From positions 9,817,231-9,881,230 of the forward strand of contig MU054187.1 in assembly GCA_013239625.1 (NCBI GenBank): a stretch of 64,000 bases of DNA, written 5' to 3'. Below, piece by piece: positions 52,210 to 64,000 of this stretch. The notes under the pieces are model-generated. The model searched no databases and was not told the origin of the DNA. It saw only the letters and a program-made list of their open reading frames with translations. Each line of letters begins with the position of its first letter. The stretch's first letter is position 1. This DNA is from Lama guanicoe (taxonomy: Eukaryota). The position numbers were made by a program, and so were the translations under genes.

Positions 52210-52850
52210 ATTTCCCTTGTAATTTAATTAAAGTGTAATTTATGTAAATTGACTTATGCGTATATAGTTCAGCAAGTTTTGATAAACATATATAGTCATG
52301 TAATTACTACCATGATAAAGATATGTAACATTTCATCACTCTCCCTCCCCCACATTCCCTTGTGCTGACCCTTTGTAGTCAACCCCTAGTCCTTGGCAAC
52401 TACTGATGTTTTCATCTCTGTAGTTTTGCCTTTTCCAGAATGTCATGGAATCGTATGGTAGGTAGCCTTTTAAGTCTGGCTTCTTTCGTTTAGCATAATG
52501 CTTTTGAGATCTATCCATGTTGTTTCATATATTGCTAGTTCATTCCTTTTTAATGCTGAATAGTATTCCATTGTATGGATGTATTACAGTTTGTTTATCC
52601 AGTTGAGAGACTTTTGGGTTGTTTTCAATTTTTGGTGATTATGAATATACCACTAAAAACATTTGAGTTCAGATATTTGTGTGTGAGTATAGGTTTTCAT
52701 TTCACCTGGGAAAATATCTAGGGGTGGGACTGCTAAATGTAGTAAGAATATGTCAAACTATTTTCCAAAGTGGCTGAACATTTTTTGCATTCCCATCAGT
52801 AGTACATGAGAGTTCCATTTGCTCCATTTTCTTGCTAGCATTGATTTTTT
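52210..52850 (-). mobile_element. Older L1 3' fragment
   Basis: ttttgccttttccagaatgtcat, gctgaatagtattccattgtatgg. Confidence 0.7.
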
Positions 52851-54814
52851 TTCTTTTTATCCACTTTAATATTTTAAAAGAAATAAATGGATCCAATATT
52901 TTAAAATCAGACAATTTCACAATCTAGATATTGCTTGCCAGCTAGTCTGATTTCTCTAGTTCAGCATGTCTGCCTGGCTATACCGTTTTGGAGCCGAGTA
53001 GCTGCAGTTGCCTTTAGTTGGACATGTGCTCTCCAATTCACCTCAGTCACATTCTCACCTGCTTCCCTTACTTAATTTACTGGCCTGTACCTTAGGGCGT
53101 TTTTGAGACCCCCTTGCAGAGTAGTTAAGAGCTTGGCCTTGGGAGTCAGTGACCTGGATTCAATTTCTAGCTCTGCCTCATGGCAATCCTGTGGCTTTGG
53201 GGCCCTCTGACTGGGCCTCTCCAATGCTCATCTTCCCCATCTGTAAAATGGAGCTGATAGTATTCTTATCTCAAAGGGTCCTACTGTTTTTTTAAAGTTT
53301 GTTTGGGTAATGAAGACTAAGCTTTCAAATTGACATTTTAAAATGGAAAATAACTAATATAATTCATATAACTTAGATCTTACATAACTGTTGTTCACAG
53401 AGTAAGCCATTGACAGAGTTGAGACTAGAAGTCACAAAAGCTAGCTTAGACTGCTAAAAAACTTTGCTGTTTATCACTATTGATTTTTTTTTTTTGAGGG
53501 AGAGGGCTTGTCCTAATTTCAAAAGAGTTCTTTGAGAATTTCAAATAAAAATCCCAATATTATATCTACATTATTAATAAATATGTTTATTTTGCATATA
53601 AAAATTAGACTGAGGTTAGGTTTAATATAGCAAAATTAAGGCATTTAGAGCTTTGCAAATGAGTTTATATAAGATCATCCCAGAATTTCATGACTAAAAA
53701 TATTATCTAAGTTTTAAAAAATTCTTCTTGAAGCACATAGGAGAACTGTTGTTGTTACAACTGTTCAAACATAACCTTAACAGTGGTGAAAACAAATTAT
53801 TTTTACTGTTTTTAAAGTTCGTCTTTTAACTTAAAGAAACCTAATGCTTCCATATTCTAACTAAAGATAATAGGTTTTTTATAAATAGTTAAATAACACA
53901 CAGTGAATTATGGGTCCCAGAGAGTCATATCCCTTAAAGGTATCTGAAGCTAAGGGCATTCTAACCCAGCTAGAAAGTTATTATTTTTGCATTAACAAAT
54001 GAGATGGATTGACTCTATTGACATTGCTTAGGCTTGAAAGATAGTTAATCAAGTAACAATTTGTTTTCTTCATTGTATAGTGTTGTACAGCATTCTCAGT
54101 GGATATTATTATCAATATGTAAATGCATTTAATGTCTGTTTTTAAATTACTAAGGCTCAAGTACCTCCTAGCATGTTTGAAAAGAGAGGAAACATCTGTC
54201 AGAAGTATTTACTGTGACAAACATAGAAAGAAGCAATAATGTGCACATTTTTGTTTAATACCATGTATTATTTTTAATTAAACACTGAAGGCATTTGTTC
54301 AGAATTAGCCTTTAAATAAAAAATAGTGCTGAACTAAACTTTAATTAAAGTGTACATTGATAGTATCAAGTTCAGTTTGAGGGTCAAAAGCAACGTCAAT
54401 GAGTCTGACTTTTTCCTCCCTGTAGGGAAAGCAGGCTTGTGTAAATATACATGAGCACAGACTGCACGCATTTATAAAAGAGGTGGAAAACATTCCCCTG
54501 TCATTGGACAGATGTTGCTTCACTGTGTTCCACATAGGATACAGGCACAGCTCTCACTGTGCAGAATCTTAAAGGAGCGTGGGGCACATAGTTTCAGCAT
54601 TTTGAAATAAGCCTCTAAGCTCCTTTCCATCTCTGAGCAGGCTCCCCACCTCGAATTTTAAATGTAAACTGTAGGGGACTCCTCTGCTGATGCCAGCTCA
54701 TTCTCCTCCTTAAAGTAATTAAGGGAAAAAGTTACTTTATTCAACTTTTCATGTAAAAAATCTGTTCTTTACATTTGGGCTGTATATTTTGATTTTAATA
54801 CTTTACTTTCTAGG

Positions 54815-56051
54815 TTTTTTTTTAAATTGAAGTTTAGTTGATTTACAATGTTGTGTTAGTTTTTGTTGTACAGCATAGTGATTTAGTCATACATTTATAT
54901 TCTTTTTCATTATAAGTTATTACAAGATATTGAATGTAGTTCCCTGTGTGATACATTAAGGACCTTGTTGTTTATCTATTTTATATATAGCAGTTTGTAT
55001 CTACTCATCCCAAAGTCTTAATTTATCCCTTCCCTCCTTTCCCCTTTGGTAACCAAAAGTTTATTTTCTATGTCTGTGGGTCTCTTTCTGTTTTGTAAAT
55101 TAGTTCATTTATGTCATTTTTTAAAGATTCTACATATAAATTGTATCATATAATATTTGTCTTTCTCTGTCTAACTTACTTCACTTAATATGATAATCTA
55201 CAGATTCTTCCATGTTGCTGCAAGTGGCATTTCATTCTTTTTATGGCTGACTAGTATTCCATTGTGTGTGTGTGTTCGTGTGTGTGTGTTTGGTGTGTGT
55301 TGGTAAATTCTGTACATTGCTACACACACCGTTAGATCAGTTGTGAGCTGTGGCACATACCACATATGCTACAGCCCCAAGCAAAACTCACTAGGGCTGC
55401 ACTGATGAAACAGCAAACAAGTCACTATATCCTCATTTTCCAAACTGGGAACACTAAACACAGAGCTAAATGCATTTTTAACTACTATGTGCTGCAAAGA
55501 CATGGTACCCTAAAGAAACCAGCAGAATAGAGGGGTTCCTGTGAGAACATAAAGAATGTCCTCCTTCTGCCACAACTTCTTTATCCAGTCATCTGCTAAC
55601 AGACATTTAGGTTGCTTGCATATCTTGGCTATTGTAAATAGTCTTGCTGTGAATATTAGGGTGCACGTCTCTTTTTGAATTAGAGTTTTCTTCAGATATA
55701 TGATTACTAGTGGGATTGCTGGATCATATGGTAACTCTATTTTTCGTTTTCTTTTTTTAAAGGAATCTCCGTACTATTTTCCATAGTGACTGCACCAAAT
55801 TACATTCCTACCAACAGTGTAGGAGAGTTTCCTTTTCTCCACACCCTCTCCAGCATTTATTGTTAGTTGACTTTTTAATGATGGCCATTCTGACTGGTGT
55901 GAGGTGATACCTCATTGTAGTTTTGATTTGTATTTCCTTAATAAATAGCCCTGTGGAGCAATTTTTCATGTGCCCACTGGCCATCTGTATGTCTTCTTTG
56001 GAGAAATGTCTGTTTAGGTCTCCTGCCCATTTTGTTTTTATTGGTTTGACC
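54815..56051 (-). mobile_element. L1 3' element carrying a 274-bp foreign insert at 55300-55573
   Basis: Poly-T head and L1 3'UTR/ORF2-end sequence; probable TSD ttctag(g/c)ttt at 54808-54817 and 56052-56061. Confidence 0.8.
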
Positions 56052-56635
56052 TTCTAGCTTTATTCTCATTGTCTCTTAGCTTTATACTAAATTAAAGATG
56101 TAAGCAATAGGCACACCCTAAAAAATCTATTATCAAGAGCTTAATGAAATTCCATAATATATTTGGTCACCTTTTATTAAAGCAAGGTTTAACTGATATT
56201 CGTATTTACTAAGACAAATCATTTGTGATACTAAAACAATATTTTGGCATGACTTCAGTGAAATTACCTGAGAAAATAAAAAATGTTTAAAAGAGAAATA
56301 TTTAATACTCTTTCACATTGCAAAACTTCAGACTCAGGATTGAACATCAACTTCACTGATAGTGGCAGAAGCAGGACGTTCTTTATGTTCTCACAGGAAC
56401 CCCTCTATTCTGCTAGTTTCTTTAGGGTACCATGTCTTTGCACTATATAGTAGTTAAAAATGCATTTAGCTCTGTGTTTAGTGTTCTCAGTTTGGAAAGT
56501 GAGGATATAGTGACTTGTTTGCTGTTTCATCAGTGCAGCCCTAGTGAGTTTTGCTTGGGGCTGTAGCATGTGTGGTATGTGTCACAGCTCACAACTGATC
56601 TAACAGTGTGTGTGGTAATGTACAGAATTTACCAA
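55300..56635. repeat. Inverted repeat: 55300-55573 is the reverse complement of 56362-56635
   Basis: Hand alignment gives 274 bp, no indels and 13 mismatches (about 95% identity), with a 788-bp spacer. Confidence 0.95.
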
Positions 56636-58178
56636 TATTGTTTTCTGAGGCTGTGTCCATTTTTATTGTTTTCCCTTTCACCTTGATGATATGCTAGCAA
56701 GAACTTTTAAAATGCTTGGCAAAGAAACAAAACTCAAGAACACTCTTGTGGAATTGACACTAGTTACATTAATCTTTAAGAAACTTTTGGGGTGCTATGG
56801 ACAAACTGGCTATGGCTTTGATGATAATGATAATGGACATAAGCAGTACGACAAATTCTCACACAGCTTCTGTTTTGTTTTGTATGTGAATGGTAAGGAG
56901 GCAAGACCAGAAGTAGGACTCCTTACATATTCTATCTCCTCTCCCCAAATAAAACATTTTCCCAACTCATAGGACTCTCTCTTCCTTAAGCCTCCATCTC
57001 AGCAAGCCTAAGCCACTCTTCAGGGAATGGGGGTAGGGCAATGCAGCGCTGTTGGTCTTGGGTTTTCTTCAGGTGGGTTGCATTAAAAAGTGCTAAGTTA
57101 CTATCCCTACATTGGACCTTGTAAAGAGGGTCTCATGACAAACTCACCTGACCTTCACTAGGCAATTCTGGAAAAGGGAAATCTATTCCAAAGTACATTC
57201 ACTGGCTCTGATTACTTTCCAGTGAAATATGCTATTGCCCTTCGTTATATTGTAGTGTCTACTATAATATGATTGGAAAGATCAATAAAGCAATCATTTT
57301 ATTGATTATAAATGAAAAAAGTTGAATGAATAATTTATAGGATATATCAGTATCTGGTTTATAATGCCCATAGCATTTACTACACTATACAGTAATGGTA
57401 TCTCACATTTGATTCTCAAAATAGGTTTTTGCAAGATCTTTGAGATCAAGACAATCTCATTTCAGTTTTTATATTCAGTATTGCCTGGCATATAACAGGT
57501 GCCTATTAGTTTTATGAATAAAGGAAGTTATTTTCTGGTATGTTTTATCTTTACATAAAAAAAGTAACATCTTTTTAAAACTGAAAAAGCAATTTTCTTC
57601 TCATCAGGAGACTTAGAGCTGATTGATAATGAGCTAAATTATGTGTGTACTCAAGGTTTAGAATAGTGATTCTTAAGCTTTTTTTTTTTAATCATAAGTC
57701 TCTTTGAGAATCTAATGAAGCTTCTAATGTCTCCTTCAGGGACACCAGATTAGGAACCTTTGGTTTGGAGAAGTGGTGAGAGTAGCCTGTCTCAGGTATT
57801 CTGGGCTTCCCCTCCTTTCTGCCACCAGATGCCCTTGCTGTAACCATTCATAGTCATCTGGGTCTGGGGCTCCTTTGATATGATCCCTGCTCATTCAGAC
57901 ATCTTTACCTGATGCTTCTGGGACTTTCCTGAGTCACCTGCCCTACCTCAGTGGGTGTATCTAGTCTGTGACTTCCAGATCTTCCTGAACCAACCCTCCC
58001 ACTACAACTTTATGACTGAGCAGATGAACAATTAACTTTTGCGTGTGTGTGCTTCGCCAAGAACTGAGAACAGAGAACTAGAAGCCAGATGGACAGTCTC
58101 TCTTCCTTTATGTTGTTGACAGTGAAGGTGTCTCATCCTGCCCCCAAAAGATGTCGCATAAATATTTGAAAGAACCTA

Positions 58179-58415
<237 letters not shown>

Positions 58416-60010
58416 TTAGACTGTCTAAAATTATATTTTATGAAATGGAATTAAATAAGGTTAAATAGATCCACATTAAAACCAATACAAATTAATATCA
58501 CAGATAAAATATCACAGACTTTCATACATGAGAACCTACACAGGAAAGTTTATGGTCAATTCTCATGGACAAAATGGGTATACCGACATTAATATAAATA
58601 TTAACTGCCCTTACATTTTGCTGTTATCAGTTTAGTTTGTCAGAGCGTTCATTAGGCAATGGTGTAGATTAGGCAAGCAAAGTTATTGTACTATGTTCAT
58701 ACCTTTATTTCCATACTTAACATTCCATATCATTTCTCTGGGCACATCCACGTTGCTCGACAAGTGTTTATTAAATGAATAAACTAATTTTTCCATCAAA
58801 ACACTACAAAAGTAAATACTAAACGATACTCAGATATTTTGAATTTTGTTAAAGTGTTTGATTCTGCTTCTAATTTTGAGCTATATAGTTGTGTGACTGT
58901 ATTTTGGACAAGATTTTTAATTGTAAGATAAAGATTTTTTATTGAAGTCTGAGGTCATAAACCCTATAATTTTACCATTATAGAGCTCCAAATTTATAGG
59001 GCTATCAAAAATATGTAAAAGGCATGAAATACAAAAAATGACTATCTTCCTAAGACTCTCTGTTCACTTACAATGTATTTGATTGTACAGAGGTATCTTT
59101 AAATGGTTCATCTTAGCTCTTCAAAAGACCTGAAGGTATATTGTAGATTTTTAAAAATACACACTATATCTTCTAGACTTTAATTCATAATTTCCATTTC
59201 TCTTGATCAGCGATGACAGAGACTTTACATAAAGACCAAAGTGTAAGCTATTGACCACATACCTAAGGATAGAGTTATTGCATGTTACATACATGTATCG
59301 AGGATGTCACTGGTTGTGAGCTTGGGAGGCTCAGAACTACATAATTTGTTGGATGGGGATGGCAATGTGTGCAGGCTGCAAAAAAGAAGGGTATCTACAA
59401 GTGGCCAAGGGAGAATAACTAAGTACTCCTGAGGAAAACTCAGATAATTTCTATTGCAACCAGTCAGCTTTAAATTTCAATTTTATCTTAATATAATGGA
59501 CCTTAGAGTCTATTTTTCAATGTAATAAATCATATAATCTATTTGAATACTTCTAAAATTTCAAATTTCTTTCATAGTATATTGTCTTATTTTCCTCCCT
59601 GGTTCCTTTTTATTCATAAAAATTATTTGTTTACATATCACATATTTACACATTTGCAGATTTTTCTAAATTCCCACCAAACTGAAGAAAATTTCTGAGT
59701 AGAGCAGACATTATTATGCTTACATCATGTACTTTTGCCATATATAAAGTTATACATTTTCCCACCCTCATGGCTCTCTGTTTACATAGGTGACATAGTC
59801 GTACTCAGTATAAACTAAACAACTTTTTTTGGCATTAGCTACCATTTTCATATACAAACATAATAGTTAAAATTTCCTAGGAATTGTAAATAAGTTTTTT
59901 TAAAAAGTACAAAAATCCTTAAACAAAAAATCTAAACAATAATCTCCTTATTTTTGATATTTTTTGGTTGAGTAGAATATTGCATTCACTAAAGTAGAAG
60001 TGATCAACTA

Positions 60011-60181
<171 letters not shown>

Positions 60182-61993
60182 TTAAAAATATGTACATATT
60201 ATACATATAATACAACATATAAATGTTAAAATACAATACGTAAATATTATATATACACATAAAATATATATACTTCTGGTTTAGGGCACATGAACTTAAG
60301 TTACATCATAGGCTGAAATAAAATTTATTTTTAAAAATACCTTAATATCTTATTTATACAACTCCTATACTTTGCTGGGCTTTTATTTATTTTAAATCAT
60401 TTTTTCTGAACAACTGAAATATGATGAAAAATATAAAAAGGTTCTCTATCCATATCTGTTTTTCCTATCACTGACAAACATAATCACTGTAAACAATTTG
60501 GTGTATGGTTGTCCTTCTTGGGTCATAAATAAATTATATTGTTATTTTCAAAAACAAAAATGTCACACTTAACAAAAATTAAATATTACCTATTCATTTG
60601 AATAATATTATGGTTATTCTTAGGAAAAAGCAACATATATTTTAGGTTGCTGAGACTAAGAAGTTTTATATAGGTAACATGTTATTTTAAAAGTACATAT
60701 ATTAATAATACTTATTATATCCTAGGACATACAATATAATAGGAACAACCCACATAGCTATCCTTTTGGTTCTCTGAAGTGAAATTGCAGCTATCTCTAC
60801 ATTCTGTTCCTTTTAAAAAAAGTTTTGAAGATTGAGCATCTTAAATTATGCAAATAATTTTTGTATGTTGTAAGATATTTGAAAAATACAAAAAAATGGA
60901 AGAAACAAAACCTTTCCAGTATTCCACAATCAGAAATAATTAATGAAAACCACTGTTAACACTTTAATATATTTCTTAGCATTTTTTTCTAGGTATGTAT
61001 TGTGTATATATGTGTGTATTAAATAAATTAGAATTCCCTATTTATACAATATTACATCCTACATTGTACTATAAGCATTTTACCATGTATTTCTTTAAAC
61101 ACAATTTTTAATGGCTGGTAGTATTCCAAATACAAATATACAAGTAATTTATCTTTAGAAATATACTTGACTGTTTTTCCTGTATATTCCCTGTTTCCTA
61201 CTCTTGGCTGGTGGGGGCAGGGTGTAACCCTCACATACGTGTTTTGAAAAATTGTCTTGGGTATTTCTGATATGTACTCTATCAGCCCCTCTTCCCTGCA
61301 AGAGAACCAATGCACTAGCATTAAAATTAACCAAGGTTTACTATAGCTATGAGCTTTGAAATGCTTTTGTCATACGTTAGTTTTTATACCCAAGTACAGC
61401 ATGTCACAGAAACCCTCTCACAAGTCTCCTTTGTGAGAGGGCAGTGCTTATCTCTCTGATGCTGTATAACTTGGTCCCTGTTGCAGGGCGTTGGTCCATT
61501 TCACCTGATATTGTGCATGTTCAGGAATGTTATTATTTGTAGGGATCTCATAAAGGGACTCCCTACCTTGCTCCCCTTTCAAATGAAAAGAACTGCTGTA
61601 TGCTCTTAGGGTGCCATTTGGCAAGTGTCAAGCAATGAAAACCTTGATCAGTTTTATCTACAAAGCCAAGAGTCTCTCAGGATCTTCAGAGAATTTGTGC
61701 CAATGAAAAGTTGGCAAGAGGTCAGCAAATTCTATACATTTATGACCAACCATTTTTGTTGGTAACAGACACATTTTCTTTTTAAAGAAAGAGCGTCTGG
61801 TGTCCTAATTGTTTCTGAACAGCAAATATTTTTCATGTTTTATTTCTCAATTTTAACTTTTGCTTTTATTAAAATATCAAATTTAAAGTTGACCATTTTT
61901 GTGGATCCAGATGTTATATTTATATTTCTGAAGGCTTGCTGATTAGTTAACTAAAAAGTTAACCAGGTCTCTTTCTCTAAGAAAATTATACTA

Positions 61994-62125
<132 letters not shown>

Positions 62126-64000
62126 CTATAATTAAAGAAGAAAAAAGCAAGACACAAGTATTTCATACTTATCAGTATTTATTTCATATCAGTTAACTGT
62201 TTCTAAAAGTAAATACTGTTTTTTGTGAGTTCTAGCTCAGTACCAGGTACTTAGAAAGTATACAATATATCTTTTTTTTAAAAAAATAAAATTGTCTATG
62301 CTAATAATAGAGGAGGCTAAAGATGAGGCAAAAAGTAAGGTCCTGAGTTGGGAACCACAGAACTGGTCTCTATCACACTCCCCTAAATGGACCCAATCTG
62401 CAGTTCAGAAAACACTACCTCTCTGGCCATCTATGCTGTAGAAGATGCACTGATCTTAGTGGAGCTTATGGAAGTTTACAGATTAAGGCTATTATGGAGT
62501 AGTGAGTAAGCAGTCCCTTGACATTGCAAGAAATATATTCTGTTGCCTTTTATAAAGACTGCATATTCATTTTTAAAATCTGTAAAAAAACATATCAAAG
62601 GGGAAAAGAAAGAAGAAAAAAATCACGTGTGCTTATCACCAACAGATCATATTTAATATGTTATATATCCTTCTGATCTTCTTTTTTGAGCATAGGCATT
62701 TCTGTTTAAATTGTCATCATACTGTGAGTATAGTTTTGTTTTATGTGTGCCATAAACATTTGTGTATTTTAATAGCTTACAAGAAAATCGGCTTATAGAT
62801 ATTTCAGGGAATAATTAAATTATTCCATGGTCTACAATCCAAGTGAATGTGAGAAAAACAGATTAATAGCCTTTAAGAACCAGATCTCTCAGTTTGCCAT
62901 CTTCTCCTCCTCTTTCTCTTTATTTGGGTTTTTTTTTTCCATCCCATGTTACTATCTTTCTCCAGTGCCTTAACTTCTTTCTGTCATTCCTTTTCTTGCT
63001 TTCTCCCCTTCTGCATTTTTTATGTGTGTATTTTAGTTTAGCTACTGTTTAATGGAAGTGAAATATACTTTATACTTTGATTATTTCTTATCTATGCTCC
63101 AAATTTATCTGGTAAAAATCAAGTCTGTAATGAATTACTCAAAACAAGTAATGGAAAAACTATTTTTCGACTTTGTAGCCTGTGATTGATTTTTAAAAAT
63201 TCGATGGCCATAGGCAAAAAAAATAATAATAATAACAAAGTACCTTCAATAGAGCAAAAGCATTCTTTTAAAGCATGTTTTCCTGATAATAGTAGTAAAT
63301 ACTGATAATGACTAATTCTGTGGAGAAAGAGCTTTCTGGTTTTCAGAGCACTGCCATTTTTGTGATGTTGTACATATCTAGAGGGATTCCTTTTCTTTAG
63401 AATATGGGTATGAGGATTACAAAGTTAATTAACATTCCAAAGGATAACAGCAGGCAAACACCTATTATTATTCCATTTGTTTTCTTCAAAACAAGACCAA
63501 ACTTATCATAGGATATAAGGGAAAATTAGGAAATACAAATTACAGATTGCAAAGCCAAAAGTAACTGATAATGCATTTCCTGGTATTTTTATTCCTTCTA
63601 GCATTTCCTCACCTTCACAGCTTGGTACCGTTCATCTTTGTATATCTACTTAATCTAACTATTTGTACCTTCCATCTTATTCTCTGCTTGACCCATATTT
63701 ATTTTTGCTTAGACATTTCATTTTTTCATTTTTGGAAAAATTTCTTATAATTTGACTGAATTTATTTTTCAGGTTTTAGAAAAAAATTTTTACTATGAAG
63801 CTTTGATAAAACCTTTTACATATAAATCCTCCCAAAACTGTCATATCAAGGAGGTAACAAACATGGGACATCCAAGTATATGCCTGCATTTTCATGAAGA
63901 AATGATGTCTTGGGGGAATAATCAGAAGGTGTCCAGGTGTCCAGAACCCACTATACAGCACCTTGTAGGTCCTTTAATCTTCCTGAGGCCACTGTCTTCC

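Overview
Mammalian genomic DNA, most likely a camelid judging from a Vic-1-like tRNA-derived SINE. The window covers the MCMDC2-SNHG6/SNORD87-TCF24-PPP1R42 neighbourhood. The + strand carries the last 11 coding exons of MCMDC2 (1817-23170), spliced by hand with every phase consistent. The - strand carries the 5'TOP snoRNA host gene SNHG6 with intronic SNORD87 (about 25335-28618), the complete TCF24 bHLH CDS (166 aa, two coding exons) and the 3' exons of PPP1R42. The rest is mostly L1, L2, MIR, LTR and DNA-transposon remnants plus two CpG islands. The most notable observations are: (1) a 274-bp, about 95% identical inverted copy of unique intronic DNA inserted into a (TG)n tract of an L1 inside PPP1R42, which could form a long hairpin; (2) an apparent frameshift in the ancestral last exon of PPP1R42, together with an in-phase candidate alternative terminal exon; (3) a U6/L1 chimeric retrogene with target-site duplications nested in a solo LTR; and (4) no canonical poly(A) signal for PPP1R42 before the TCF24 CpG island. 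Gene and repeat names come from my recall of orthologues and consensus sequences, not from database searches. I found no evidence for a wholly new gene system.
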